A stretch of DNA of 64,000 nucleotides from Rhodothermales bacterium (GCA_047611125.1 JBLFXH010000001.1:654-64653), one strand, 5' to 3'; positions 34,743-44,918 are shown, counted from the first letter of the stretch. Numbers and translations are program-made. Notes: generated by a model from the letters alone, not told the origin.

Positions 34743-36608
34743 TCAGCGAACCAGCGTGAGGGTCTTGACGTCTCGGTACGAGCCTGCCCTCATTTCGAGC
34801 AGATAGATACCGCCCGCCAGATGAGCCGGAGCATCCCAGCCGATGGAGTACGCACCCGGAGCCTGAACCGTGTTCAGGAGGAGACCGACCTGACGTCCCA
34901 GCATGTCGAAGACCCGTATCTGGATCGTTGATACGGCAGGGACATCGTAGTCAATGCGTGCCTGCTGGGAGAATGGATTCGGGTAGGGTGGCCTCAGGCG
35001 GAACGATGTCGGAACCTGCTCATCGTCGGTGCCGGTGGCCGTTGCCGAGACGTCGAAGGATCCTTCGCTGGAGAACGCGGAAGCGCTGAAGGTGGCACCC
35101 ACAGACTGGACACTCCAGAAATACCGGCCCGGGGCCAGATTTTGGAGGTAGGTGGATGTAGTCGACAGGAATCCAGGGCGAGCAACCCGGCGAAGGCCGG
35201 ATACCGGATCAGAAGGCGCCGAGCGAACATCGGCTAGGCCGGGTGCAGTGCCAATCCGGAGGTCGTAGGTAACCACGCCGGCGCGCGTGTCAGTCCACTC
35301 CAGTGCCACCACGCCGTCCGCCTGAATGGAGCGCAATGCGCTTGGCGCAGAGAGCGTCTCCGGGCGAACCTGACGCTCGTTCGCATACAGATTCAGGATG
35401 TTGGAGCCCCCTGAAGTCGCACCGGCAGACAGGAGATCTAAGTCTCCGTCGCCGTCAAAATCGCCCCAGTCCGCCGCAGCAAAAATGGCGCCCACCAGAT
35501 AGGTAGATTGCTCAAAATTGCCCTGCCCCGAGTTACGGTACACCCGCGCTGTCCGTCGACCCAACGCCGACTCGGCGCCGAGCGACAAGAGATCGAGATC
35601 ACCATCGTTGTCATAATCACCCCAAGTGATTGCACCGGCCAAGGAACCCTGGATGCCGGTTTCCACAGCCTGGAAGCTCCCATTGGTGTTCCTATAGACC
35701 ACCGCCTGCCCCTCGAAAATGCGCGGGGTCACTTGGCCGCCACTAACCACAATATCTAGATCGCCATCGGCATCGTAGTCTCCCCAGTCCACGCTGGAGA
35801 AGGCAAGCGGCGCAAAGCTTGCGACGAGATCGGTCAGGACGCCGCCACTTGTCCGGTACAGTGAAGTGCGGAATCCCTCCGGAGTAGCTCCCGAAATCAG
35901 CAGGTCCGGATCTCCGTCATTGTCGTAATCGCCCCACTTGGCCTGGCCATAGGCAAAGCCGGGAATGCCCGCCGGCGTAGCTGTGAAGCTTCCTCCCGCA
36001 TTGACAGCAATGGAGGACTGGTAGGCGCCGGCCGCATCGACTCCCGTGACAAGCAGATCCAAATCGCCGTCATTGTCAGTATCAGCCCAGCCCAGCGCGC
36101 CCGAATGATAGGCGGGCAGATCCGCACCGATGTCGACAAAGGAGTCTCCGTTGTTGCGGTAGACGGCGGTCAACGGAGCGTAGGGCGGGTTTGCCGAGGT
36201 ACTGCCCGAGACCGCAAGGTCAAGATCCCCGTCGCCATCTATGTCCGCCCAGGACGATCGGCTGTACGCCACTGCACGCACTCCACCGGCGAGGGGCGTG
36301 AAGGTGGTCCCATTTTCTCCGCTGCCGTCATTGCGATAGACGGCTGCGGTCAAACCCGCGTCCGAACGGCCCGAGACGAAGGCATCCAGGTCTCCGTCAT
36401 TGTCAATATCGCCCCAAGCCACGGCCGCATTCCGTACCGCAGGCATGGAGTGCGACTGCAGGTTGAACGTGAAGGGCTGGGAAACCGGCTGCGCGAGCGA
36501 AGCCGGTGCCAGCAAAGCAGAGAGAGCGAACAGGGAAAGGAGTCGCGTCACGGGGTACGTCCCGGTTGATTCAAGCTGAGAAAGGTACACACAGGAACAC
36601 CCACCCAC
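34743..36608 (-). CDS. FG-GAP/VCBS repeat protein with T9SS C-terminal sorting domain
   Basis: At least 7 'WxDxDNDGDLDL' repeats. C-terminal Por tail 'PYPNPFSQQARIDYDV...GIYLLEMRAGS'. The real start may be GTG 36551 (VTRLLSLFALSALLAPASLAQ) rather than GTG 36608. Confidence 0.8.
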   Translation of the reverse strand: MGGCSCVYLSQLESTGTYPVTRLLSLFALSALLAPASLAQPVSQPFTFNLQSHSMPAVRNAAVAWGDIDNDGDLDAFVSGRSDAGLTAAVYRNDGSGENGTTFTPLAGGVRAVAYSRSSWADIDGDGDLDLAVSGSTSANPPYAPLTAVYRNNGDSFVDIGADLPAYHSGALGWADTDNDGDLDLLVTGVDAAGAYQSSIAVNAGGSFTATPAGIPGFAYGQAKWGDYDNDGDPDLLISGATPEGFRTSLYRTSGGVLTDLVASFAPLAFSSVDWGDYDADGDLDIVVSGGQVTPRIFEGQAVVYRNTNGSFQAVETGIQGSLAGAITWGDYDNDGDLDLLSLGAESALGRRTARVYRNSGQGNFEQSTYLVGAIFAAADWGDFDGDGDLDLLSAGATSGGSNILNLYANERQVRPETLSAPSALRSIQADGVVALEWTDTRAGVVTYDLRIGTAPGLADVRSAPSDPVSGLRRVARPGFLSTTSTYLQNLAPGRYFWSVQSVGATFSASAFSSEGSFDVSATATGTDDEQVPTSFRLRPPYPNPFSQQARIDYDVPAVSTIQIRVFDMLGRQVGLLLNTVQAPGAYSIGWDAPAHLAGGIYLLEMRAGSYRDVKTLTLVR

Positions 36609-36694
36609 CCTCCTTCGGGCGACAAGTATACGCGAATGGTCGAACGTAGGCTGTAGGCGGATTTCTGCGACGTCTCACAGCCCCGGGGGCAGCC

Positions 36695-37426
36695 TCAGGA
36701 TGGGACGGCGGACTCGATCAGGCCTTCCGCCACGTCCTCGCCCAGGTACCTGTCTATGAGCCAGTGGGCCAGGTAGATCAACGGCGTAATCACGATGGCC
36801 ACCAAGAACTTGTACCCGTAGTTGAACAGTGTGATGGCAATGATGACCTGCAGGGTCATTTCGCCATAGAAGGCCACAAACAGGACGACAAAAGTGTCGA
36901 TGAACTGTGATCCGAACGTGGATCCTGTGGCCCGAAGCCAGAGGTGCTTCCCCTGGGTCTTCTTCCTCAACCAGTGAAACAGGGAAATATCGGCAAGCTG
37001 GCCAAGCAGGTAGGCTACAAGGCTACCCAGAATGATGCGGCCGGAAGCCCCAAAGACGGTATCAAAAGCCTCGCCTGGCACCGGAGAGATCGATGCGGTA
37101 GGCACCGCCATGGCAGCCTTGATGATGGCAAACTCGAAGATGATCATGACCACGCCCAGGTAGGTCACAAACTTGATCCCCTCTTTCCCGAAGTACTCGT
37201 TGAGAAGGTCAGTGATTATGAAGGTCACCGGAAACGCGATCACGCCGGCCGTCATTACGACCTCGGTAAAGTCCTGCCCCAGGATGGAAAGGGTAAAGGG
37301 GAGTTGAACCACCGTGAAAAACTTGGAGGCGGTGGCCTCCGCTACTACCAACGCGGTAATGAAGATTGCCGCGCAAATCACATAGAGCTTCTGAGGACGG
37401 GAGAGTCGGAAGGTCGTCGCTGACAT
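36695..37426 (-). CDS. yhhQ: YhhQ/VUT (DUF165) family queuosine-precursor transporter-like membrane protein
   Basis: 'FPVTFIITDLLNEYFGKEG', 'LGQLADISLFHWLRKKTQGKHLWLRATGSTFGSQFIDTFVV' match the YhhQ family pattern. Confidence 0.75.
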   Translation of the reverse strand: MSATTFRLSRPQKLYVICAAIFITALVVAEATASKFFTVVQLPFTLSILGQDFTEVVMTAGVIAFPVTFIITDLLNEYFGKEGIKFVTYLGVVMIIFEFAIIKAAMAVPTASISPVPGEAFDTVFGASGRIILGSLVAYLLGQLADISLFHWLRKKTQGKHLWLRATGSTFGSQFIDTFVVLFVAFYGEMTLQVIIAITLFNYGYKFLVAIVITPLIYLAHWLIDRYLGEDVAEGLIESAVPS

Positions 37427-37429
37427 GCC

Positions 37430-37894
37430 TTAGCCCACCTGATCGGCGCGAAGCCGCTCTAGCAGTGAACTGAGCGCCAGAAGCTCCTCACCGTCTAGGT
37501 GACGGGCCACCCGAGTCTGCATCTGAGAGACCTCAGGGTCCATTTGCTCCAAGAGTGTCTTGCCGGTGTCCGTGATCCCAACTTCCACGACGCGGCGGTC
37601 ACTCAGGGATCGCGCCCGTTCAATGTGCCCGGCTGCCTCGAGTCTGTTAAGCAGTCTGGTTACATCTGGAGTCCGGTCAAGAAGGCGACCGCCGATGTCA
37701 CTGCACGTCATGCGGGCCGGATCGGCTCCCCGTAGGATCCGGAGTACGTTGTACTGGGCCGGCGTCAGGCCGTAGGCGCCCATTGTGCCTGCCAGAATCG
37801 AGGTGATCCAGGAATTGGTCACCATGATATCGAACATCGCCCGCTGGCTAACATCGACGATACGTTCCTGCTTGATCAGTTCCTCAAGTCGCAT
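37430..37894 (-). CDS. MarR-family transcriptional regulator
   Basis: 154 aa. Winged-helix core 'LTPAQYNVLRILRG...CSDIGGRLLDRTPDVTRLLNRLEAAGHIER'. Confidence 0.8.
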   Translation of the reverse strand: MRLEELIKQERIVDVSQRAMFDIMVTNSWITSILAGTMGAYGLTPAQYNVLRILRGADPARMTCSDIGGRLLDRTPDVTRLLNRLEAAGHIERARSLSDRRVVEVGITDTGKTLLEQMDPEVSQMQTRVARHLDGEELLALSSLLERLRADQVG

Positions 37895-37921
37895 GTTCTG
37901 ACGGATGTTGTTAGAACAACC

Positions 37922-38941
37922 TTAACCGACGTTCGGCCCGCGCGTTCCGGGCACTCCCGTGCTCAGCGGCAGCATGAAGGAGAAGGTGGAGCCGATGCCT
38001 TCCCGACTCTCGACTAGTAGCGTTCGGTCGTGGGCAGCAAGAATATGCTTGACAATGGCGAGGCCCAGGCCGGTGCCCCCTTGCGATCGTGACCGGCTCT
38101 TGTCCACTCGGAAGAAACGCTCCGTGATCCGTGGGATCAGGTCTTTAGGAATACCTATGCCATCGTCCGTGACGGAAATTTTCGCCTCAGCACCGGCTTT
38201 CTGGGCCTCAAGCGTGACGACTCCCTCCTCATTGTTGTACTTGATGGCATTCTCCATCAGGTTCACGATGACCTGTCTGAGGTGCTCTCGATCCCCCACC
38301 ACATATGGGAGATCTGCGGGGATCTTGGCAGCAAGCCTCACGAGCTCTCGCGAGGCAATGGGCTCGAGTGATTCAACGATTTCCTGCACCAAGTCCCCCA
38401 TGGAGAACTGTACGGGACACATGCGGAGTTCGCCTTGCTCAATGCGGGCAATCTCGCCCAGATCCCGAGCCAGGTGATCCAGTCGATCGGCGTTCCGGAG
38501 AATTCTATCGACGAACTTTCGATTCACCTCCGGGTCCTCCAAGGCGCCTCCTTCCAGCGTTTCAGCAAATCCCCGGATGGCGAAGATGGGCGTCTTGAGT
38601 TCGTGGGAGACGTTGCCTATGAAGTCTCGTCGGTAGTCCTCCATTCGGCGGAGCTCCGTCATTTCACGTTCGAGCACCTGGCCCGTCCGGAAAACCTGCC
38701 GCACCATGTCGTTCAATTCGTCGCCACGCGGCAGATGGGCGTCCTTTAGGTTCTCGAACCGGCTGTGCCGGATTTGTCGCAGTAGCGTACGGCCCAGGGC
38801 GAGCCGCCGTGTCACGAGTCGGCCGGACACCCAGTACGTCAGGGCAAAGACCAGCAGAGGCGTCAGGATCAACAAGGGGAGCAGCCAGGGCCCCGGTCCC
38901 GACAGCACACGGGCCAGGCCGACGAGCGCCGCCGACAGCAC
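37922..38941 (-). CDS. Sensor histidine kinase (PhoR-like, minimal sensing region)
   Basis: H-box 'FIGNVSHELKTPI', N-box 'NLMENAIKYN', 'DDGIGIP', 'GGTGLGLAIVKHI'. GTG start; the N-terminus is uncertain. Confidence 0.85.
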   Translation of the reverse strand: MLSAALVGLARVLSGPGPWLLPLLILTPLLVFALTYWVSGRLVTRRLALGRTLLRQIRHSRFENLKDAHLPRGDELNDMVRQVFRTGQVLEREMTELRRMEDYRRDFIGNVSHELKTPIFAIRGFAETLEGGALEDPEVNRKFVDRILRNADRLDHLARDLGEIARIEQGELRMCPVQFSMGDLVQEIVESLEPIASRELVRLAAKIPADLPYVVGDREHLRQVIVNLMENAIKYNNEEGVVTLEAQKAGAEAKISVTDDGIGIPKDLIPRITERFFRVDKSRSRSQGGTGLGLAIVKHILAAHDRTLLVESREGIGSTFSFMLPLSTGVPGTRGPNVG

Positions 38942-38999
38942 CGCAGGAGGCCAGGCCAGCTTGAGGGAAATTCTGCTGAGTCTGCCCAGAGGGCGCTTG

Positions 39000-39704
39000 T
39001 CAGGCTCGGAACCGATAACCCACCCCCTTGACCGTTTCTATCATGTCTTCGCCCACCTTCTCTCGAATCTTACGGATGTGCACGTCCACCGTTCGGTCCA
39101 CCACAAAGACATCCAGGCCCCAGACCTCGTCCAGGAGTTGCTGTCGGGAATAGACGCGACCCGGGTTGCCGGCAAGGAATCGGAGAAGCTCGAATTCCTT
39201 TCTTGGCAGGTGGAGAGGATCCTCTTGGCCTTCCACGTCCACAACATATCGCGATCGATCGATCGTGAGTCCGTAGATGCGGACGAGGTGGGGAGTGCCT
39301 GAGGCATGCTCGGCACTACGATCTGAACTACCGTCCGCACTACGCAGTGAGGCCTTGACCTGGCTCATCAGAACCGGTATCGAGATGGGCTTCGTCAGAT
39401 AGATATCCGCACCGCCATCCAGCCCCTGGACGTGGTTGTTCTCTTCGCTTCGCGCCGTCAACATCACGATGGGCGTGTTCTTGAGAGCCGGGTGCTCGCG
39501 CATCCGCCGACAGGCCTCAAGACCATCCATGCGAGGCATCATGACATCGAGAATGATCAGGTCAGGAACGTGCTGGGAGGCCGAAAGAACGGCCTCTACA
39601 CCATCACACGCCTGCGTCACCTCGAAACCTTCCTTCTCGAGGTTATACCGGAGCAGGTCAATAATGTCGTCTTCATCGTCGACGACGAGAATGCGTTGCG
39701 GCAT
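39000..39704 (-). CDS. OmpR/PhoB-family response regulator
   Basis: Receiver 'ILVVDDEDDI...DLIILDVMMPRMDG...TARSEE...KP'. Winged-helix 'RVYSRQQLLDEVWG...RTVDVHIRKIREK'. The interdomain linker is unusually long and Ser/Asp-rich. Confidence 0.9.
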   Translation of the reverse strand: MPQRILVVDDEDDIIDLLRYNLEKEGFEVTQACDGVEAVLSASQHVPDLIILDVMMPRMDGLEACRRMREHPALKNTPIVMLTARSEENNHVQGLDGGADIYLTKPISIPVLMSQVKASLRSADGSSDRSAEHASGTPHLVRIYGLTIDRSRYVVDVEGQEDPLHLPRKEFELLRFLAGNPGRVYSRQQLLDEVWGLDVFVVDRTVDVHIRKIREKVGEDMIETVKGVGYRFRA

Positions 39705-39834
39705 AGAATCACCCTAACGTGAACCCCAAAGCTAAGTGAAGCCCGTTACCTCAGTATTACCATTGCAAGCCCAATCCTTGGGCGGTCTTGAAGAATGACC
39801 TTGACTACCTTTCCGCTTCACCAATCCTGGAATC

Positions 39835-41001
39835 ATGGCTGAAGGTCGAAAACTCAGATACGGAATGGTTGGGGGAGGCCCCGGCGCATTCATTGGTGCG
39901 GTTCACAGGATGGCCGCTGCGCTGGACGGCTCGATGGATCTTGTCGCGGGCGCCTTCTCGTCGAGCGCAGAAAAGTCCCACCAACAGGGCCGGGAATTGC
40001 GCCTGGACCCCGATCGGGTCTACGACAATTACCAAGCCATGGCAGAAGCCGAGGCGGCTCGAGAGGATGGGATCGACTTTGTGTCCATCGTGACGCCGAA
40101 CCATGTTCATTTTGGTGCGGCCAAGGCGTTCATCGAACGCGGGATCCATGTGATCTGCGACAAGCCGATGACGAACACGCTGGAGGATGCCGAAGAGCTA
40201 TGCCGGTTGGTGGCCGAGCACAATGTGATCTTCGCCCTGACACACAACTACACCGGCTATCCGATGGTCAAGGAGGCCCGGGATTTGGTGGCTTCAGGCC
40301 GACTGGGCCAGATTCGGAAGATCGTGGTGGAGTATCCACAGGGATGGCTCGCGGAGCTCATTGAGGAGACCGGTCAGAAACAGGCAGCCTGGCGCACCGA
40401 TCCCGCGCGTGCAGGCGTCTCATCGGCCATGGGGGACATCGGTTCGCATGCCGAGAATTTGGCCCGCTACATCACTGGACTCGAGATGGAGGAGATGCAC
40501 GCAGATCTCTCCACACTGGTGCCGGGGCGCCAGTTGGAGGATGACGGAAACATCCTCGTCCACTACCGGGGCGGTGCCCGCGGCATTCTCTACGCCTCCC
40601 AGATTTCAGTGGGCGAGGAAAACAACCTTCGGATCCGTGTCTACGGCACAAAGGCTTCCCTGGACTGGAAGCAGGAGCACCCGAACTGGCTGCATGTCCG
40701 GTATCCGGACCAGCCAGAGCAGATCCTGAAGCGCGGCAACCCTTACCTCGGAGCGGCGGCCGCCCATGCCACGCGGATTCCTGCGGGTCACCCGGAAGCG
40801 TTTCTGGAAGCGTTCGCCAACATCTATCTCATGGCAGGCCGAGCGATATCTGCTCGTATCCGGGGTGTTGACCCGGACCCATTGGACCTGGACTTTCCAA
40901 CTGCCCAGGATGGAGCCATCGGCGTGCACTTCATTCACACCGCCGTCCGAAGCAGCCGGGAGCGCGCGTGGGTGAATGCCGCCTATACACCGCCGGCCTG
41001 A
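39835..41001 (+). CDS. Gfo/Idh/MocA-family NAD(P)-dependent oxidoreductase
   Basis: N-terminal Rossmann '[16 protein letters not shown]', '[11 protein letters not shown]', 'HVICDKPM'. Confidence 0.8.
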   Translation: MAEGRKLRYGMVGGGPGAFIGAVHRMAAALDGSMDLVAGAFSSSAEKSHQQGRELRLDPDRVYDNYQAMAEAEAAREDGIDFVSIVTPNHVHFGAAKAFIERGIHVICDKPMTNTLEDAEELCRLVAEHNVIFALTHNYTGYPMVKEARDLVASGRLGQIRKIVVEYPQGWLAELIEETGQKQAAWRTDPARAGVSSAMGDIGSHAENLARYITGLEMEEMHADLSTLVPGRQLEDDGNILVHYRGGARGILYASQISVGEENNLRIRVYGTKASLDWKQEHPNWLHVRYPDQPEQILKRGNPYLGAAAAHATRIPAGHPEAFLEAFANIYLMAGRAISARIRGVDPDPLDLDFPTAQDGAIGVHFIHTAVRSSRERAWVNAAYTPPA

Positions 41002-41035
41002 TTTCAACCGACCTCACTCTTCAATCGTTCTAGCC

Positions 41036-42037
41036 ATGTCTCGTCCTGTCACTCTGTTTACCGGCCAGTGGGCCGACCTCCCACTCGAAACACTGGCCGA
41101 AATGGCGGCGGAGTTCGGGTATGACGGACTCGAACTAGCGTGTTGGGGCGATCATTTCGACGTCCAGCGGGCGCTGTCGGAAGACGGGTACTGCCAGGGC
41201 AGGCTTGACCTGCTGGCGCGTCACGGCCTGACCGTACACTCGATTTCCAACCATCTGGTCGGCCAAGCGGTCTGCGACAACATCGACGAACGGCACAAGT
41301 CGATTCTGCCCGCTCATGTCTGGGGGGACGGCGAGCCCGAGGGCGTCAGAGCCCGGGCAGCAGAAGAGATGAAGGACACCGCCCGAGCCGCCGCACGACT
41401 CGGCGTCAAAGTGGTAAACGGGTTCACTGGCTCCAGTATCTGGCACCTCGTCTACTCCTTCCCGCCAGTCACGCCGGGTATGATTGACGATGGCTTTTCA
41501 GACTTCGCCGATCGCTGGAACCCCATCCTGGACGTCTTTGACCACGAAGGCGTGCGATTCGCGCTGGAGGTACACCCGACGGAGATTGCCTTCGACATCG
41601 GCTCAGCGGAGCGGGCGCTTGCAGCCATCGACAATCGGCCTGCGTTCGGGTTCAACTACGACCCGAGTCATTTCGGATATCAGGGAGTCGACTATGTGGG
41701 CTTCATCGACCGATTCGGCGATAGGATCTACCACGTTCACATGAAGGATGTCTGGTGGTCGTCCAATCATTCCGAAGTCGGTGTCTTTGGCGGACATACG
41801 GAATTTGGCGATCGTCGTCGCTTCTGGGATTTCCGATCCCTGGGCCGCGGGTCCATCGACTTCGAAGAGATCATTCGAGCACTGAACCGAGTCGGTTATC
41901 AGGGACCCCTCTCCGTGGAGTGGGAGGATTCGGGTATGGATCGTGAGCATGGCGCTGCCGAGGCCTGTGACTTCGTACGCGCCATGGACTTCGCGCCGTC
42001 AACCGTGGCGTTTGACGCTGCGTTCGATAAAGACTGA
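41036..42037 (+). CDS. Sugar phosphate isomerase/epimerase (xylose-isomerase-like TIM barrel) family protein
   Basis: Start trimmed to ATG 41036 ([12 protein letters not shown]). '[15 protein letters not shown]', '[12 protein letters not shown]', 'YHVHMKD', 'LSVEWED' match the AP-endonuclease-2/TIM-barrel family pattern. Confidence 0.75.
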   Translation: MSRPVTLFTGQWADLPLETLAEMAAEFGYDGLELACWGDHFDVQRALSEDGYCQGRLDLLARHGLTVHSISNHLVGQAVCDNIDERHKSILPAHVWGDGEPEGVRARAAEEMKDTARAAARLGVKVVNGFTGSSIWHLVYSFPPVTPGMIDDGFSDFADRWNPILDVFDHEGVRFALEVHPTEIAFDIGSAERALAAIDNRPAFGFNYDPSHFGYQGVDYVGFIDRFGDRIYHVHMKDVWWSSNHSEVGVFGGHTEFGDRRRFWDFRSLGRGSIDFEEIIRALNRVGYQGPLSVEWEDSGMDREHGAAEACDFVRAMDFAPSTVAFDAAFDKD

Positions 42038-42162
42038 AGGTTGGGTCACGCCCTATGCGCTGGCGGCCCTTCCGTCCATCCCACGAGGCGGCGCTAGTCA
42101 TTGCGTCCCTGGCCGGTGAGCCGTATCTGGTTGGACCCTGAACCCAATCTCCTCTGTGGCCC

Positions 42163-43785
42163 ATGGAAGTCTCCCGTCGCACCCGCGTTGCCCGACTGAG
42201 CGAACTCGCTGACCGTGAACCAACCTATGCCCTTGCCGAGGGCGTGGACCTGGTTGTGGTCCTCACAGACGGAGAGGTATCTGTTCTGTACGGCCGATGC
42301 CTTCATCGCGGAGCGCTCCTGTCCGACGGTCACGTGGTCGGAGACGACCTGATTTGTGGGCTGCATAACTGGGATTACCGCATCGCTACGGGGGTTTCGG
42401 CCTACAACAATGACGAAAAACTGGAGCGGTTCACCAGCTTCATCGTCGGCGATGATGTCTTGGTTGATGCCGATGAAGTTGCCCGCTGGAAGAAGGAGCA
42501 TCCGCAGCCCTATGAAAGGGACGCCTACCTCGGTCTCTTCCAGGACGTCCATGGCGCGCCGGAAGAGCCGAATAATGCGCACATCCAGTCTCTGGCCCGG
42601 GATGGACTAAGCAAGGTCGGCCACCACGGTCCGGTCTCGGCGATGGGGATTGCGCTAACCGAGTTGCCCCGGTGGCGAGATATCCAGATTCTGACCGGCC
42701 AGTTGGCCACGCGTCCCTTGCTTGACGGTGCTGAGGTCGGGACCGAGACGGTCATTGGGCCCGGTGCGAAGCGCCCGTTGCACCTCGATATTCCCATCTT
42801 CGTCTCAGACATGAGCTTCGGGGCTCTCAGCGAAGAGTCCAAGATTGCGCTCTCGAAGGGAGCTGAGCTTGCAGGCACCGGTATATGCTCCGGCGAGGGC
42901 GGCATGTTGCCAGAAGAGCAGGAGGCCAACAGTCGATATTTCTATGAGCTAGCCTCCGCAAAATTCGGATGGGACCTCCAAAAGGTGGCCAAGTGCCAGG
43001 CCTTTCACTTCAAAGGAGGCCAGGGCGCAAAGACCGGCACCGGCGGGCATCTTCCGGGCGAAAAGGTAGTCGGGAAGATCGCGGAGGTACGGGGCCTGGA
43101 GCCCGGTCAACCAGCCATTAGTCCAGCCGTATTTCCCGACCTGGCAACTGTCGAGGACTTCCGGGAGGTGGCAGCGGAGGTTCGTGAGGTGACCGGCGGC
43201 GTACCCATCGGGTTCAAACTGTCCGCGCAACACATCGAAGACGATATCGACTTCGCCCTGGAGATCGGGGTGGACTACATCATTCTGGACGGCCGAGGCG
43301 GTGGTACCGGGGCGGCACCCGAGGTCTTCAAGCAGAATATCTCAGTTCCAACCATCCCGGCCTTGGCGCGCGCACGGCGGCATCTTGATGCGCGATCCGC
43401 CAAAGACGTCACGCTGGTGATCACGGGAGGCCTGCGGACGGAGGCGGACTTCGTAAAGGCCCTGGCCTTGGGAGCCGATGCGGTGGCCATCTCCAATTCG
43501 GCCCTTCAGGCCATTGGTTGCCTGGGCATGCGGGCCTGTCACACCAACAACTGCCCGGTCGGAATCGCCACCCAGAAGGAGCATCTCCGCGCCCGGCTTG
43601 AGATCATCAAGTCGGCGCACCGGCTGAAGAACTGGTTTGCTGCCACGGTCGAGTTGATGGAGGTTCTGGCCCGCGCGTGCGGTCATGACCACATGTCCGG
43701 GTTCTCCGCGCGGGACCTCACAACCTGGAGTACAGAGATGGCAGCGCTGTCCGGAGTCAAGTTTTCCGGAGTGGGCAAGGCCTGA
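42163..43785 (+). CDS. Fusion of a Rieske [2Fe-2S] domain with a glutamate-synthase-type FMN domain (GltS-related protein)
   Basis: Rieske 'CLHRGALL...CGLHNWDY'. GltB-domain-2-like 'PIFVSDMSFGALS', 'SGEGG', 'KGGQGAKTGTGGHLPG', 'ILDGRGGGTGAAP'. Confidence 0.8.
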   Translation: MEVSRRTRVARLSELADREPTYALAEGVDLVVVLTDGEVSVLYGRCLHRGALLSDGHVVGDDLICGLHNWDYRIATGVSAYNNDEKLERFTSFIVGDDVLVDADEVARWKKEHPQPYERDAYLGLFQDVHGAPEEPNNAHIQSLARDGLSKVGHHGPVSAMGIALTELPRWRDIQILTGQLATRPLLDGAEVGTETVIGPGAKRPLHLDIPIFVSDMSFGALSEESKIALSKGAELAGTGICSGEGGMLPEEQEANSRYFYELASAKFGWDLQKVAKCQAFHFKGGQGAKTGTGGHLPGEKVVGKIAEVRGLEPGQPAISPAVFPDLATVEDFREVAAEVREVTGGVPIGFKLSAQHIEDDIDFALEIGVDYIILDGRGGGTGAAPEVFKQNISVPTIPALARARRHLDARSAKDVTLVITGGLRTEADFVKALALGADAVAISNSALQAIGCLGMRACHTNNCPVGIATQKEHLRARLEIIKSAHRLKNWFAATVELMEVLARACGHDHMSGFSARDLTTWSTEMAALSGVKFSGVGKA

Positions 43786-43815
43786 CCTCGGTTCCAGAGC
43801 TGTCCCAACTCAGGG

Positions 43816-44436
43816 CTACTTCAGTTCCGCCACTCCCCGAGGTGTCCGAATCCGGGCCACAAGATGGGGCTGTTCGGACAGCTGCACGGTGACGGACAGA
43901 CCCAGTGAGTCGAGGATTCGGCCGATTCGTTTGGGCTCTGGGTGATGGATGGTGAGTCCTTCCAGTGACCCCGCGGCAGGTGCCGATTGGGCCGGATGGG
44001 GAGACCGGCCCCAATCGATCAGGAAAGGGATTGCGCCTCCTAGTCTGCCGACGAACGGATCCGAAAGAGTCCATGCCAAGACGCTACCGTCGGGCCTCTT
44101 TCGGCTACAGGGTTGAACGGGGCCGAGTGGGGAGATGGCGTTGTCGAGGGTGCGCTGAATGTCCGGTGCCTTCGCCACCCATGTGAACAGACCCTTTGCG
44201 CGTGCGCCCCAAACGTCGGTGAGGCGTCCCCGCGCTGGCGGATCCAGCGATGGATCTGGCGCGAGTACCTCCAAGTAGGTTTCTGGCCCCAGAGAGAGCA
44301 GGGCGTTGTGCGTACCAAAGTCGGGATGACGGCCTCCCGGTACCGGCTTCACACCCAGAAGCCGCTCAATGTGAGCGATTCCGGCAGCTAAATCGTTAGT
44401 CACGTAGACCAAATGGTCAATTTCAGGGATTTCCAT
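43816..44436 (-). CDS. VOC/glyoxalase-like domain protein
   Basis: 'IDHLVYVTNDLAAGIAHIERLLGV...GGRHPDFGTHNALLSLG..YLEVLAPDP'. The start is ATG 44436 or ATG 44472. Confidence 0.65.
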   Translation of the reverse strand: MEIPEIDHLVYVTNDLAAGIAHIERLLGVKPVPGGRHPDFGTHNALLSLGPETYLEVLAPDPSLDPPARGRLTDVWGARAKGLFTWVAKAPDIQRTLDNAISPLGPVQPCSRKRPDGSVLAWTLSDPFVGRLGGAIPFLIDWGRSPHPAQSAPAAGSLEGLTIHHPEPKRIGRILDSLGLSVTVQLSEQPHLVARIRTPRGVAELK

Positions 44437-44543
44437 GGGTGAATTTCGGGGTTCGGACACCGACTTTTCCATCGAATACCGCGCATCCGCGCAAAAACAG
44501 CTATACTTGTACCTTCACACCGTTCGCCCAACGAGAAACGAGA

Positions 44544-44837
44544 ATGACCAAAACAGAAATGTCCGAGAAGCTGGCCAAGAAGACCGGCTTGTCCAAGGCA
44601 AAAGCGGCGGAAGCTGTCAACTGCATCTTTGACACAGACCCAGGGAGCGGCATCATCGCCGTAGAGCTGGACGCCGGCCGCAGTGTCACCATCCCCGGAT
44701 TCGGGACGTTTGACACCGCCAACCGCAAGGCTCGCGAAGGACGCAACCCGCAGACGGGTGCGACCATTCAGATTGAGGCACGCACGGTGCCGACGTTCAA
44801 GGCTGGTAAGGGCCTGAAGGAGCGCGTGCGGGTCTAG
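44544..44837 (+). CDS. hup: HU-family nucleoid-associated DNA-binding protein
   Basis: Start trimmed to ATG 44544 (MTKTEMSEKLAKKTGLSKAKA). HU signature 'IPGFGTFDTANRKAREGRNPQTGATI'. Confidence 0.9.
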   Translation: MTKTEMSEKLAKKTGLSKAKAAEAVNCIFDTDPGSGIIAVELDAGRSVTIPGFGTFDTANRKAREGRNPQTGATIQIEARTVPTFKAGKGLKERVRV

Positions 44838-44849
44838 TCCCAATCGACC

Positions 44850-44900
44850 GAAACAGAAAAGGCGGCGCGTCCAATTGGACACGCCGCCTTTTTCTGTTTC
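44850..44900. terminator. Bidirectional intrinsic terminator between convergent hup and the LVIVD-protein gene
   Basis: GAAACAGAAAAGGCGGCGCGTCC-AATT-GGACACGCCGCCTTTTTCTGTTTC: a long GC-rich stem whose arms carry an A-run on one side and a T-run on the other. Confidence 0.8.
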
Positions 44901-44918
44901 GAGCCTTTGGACCGAGAT

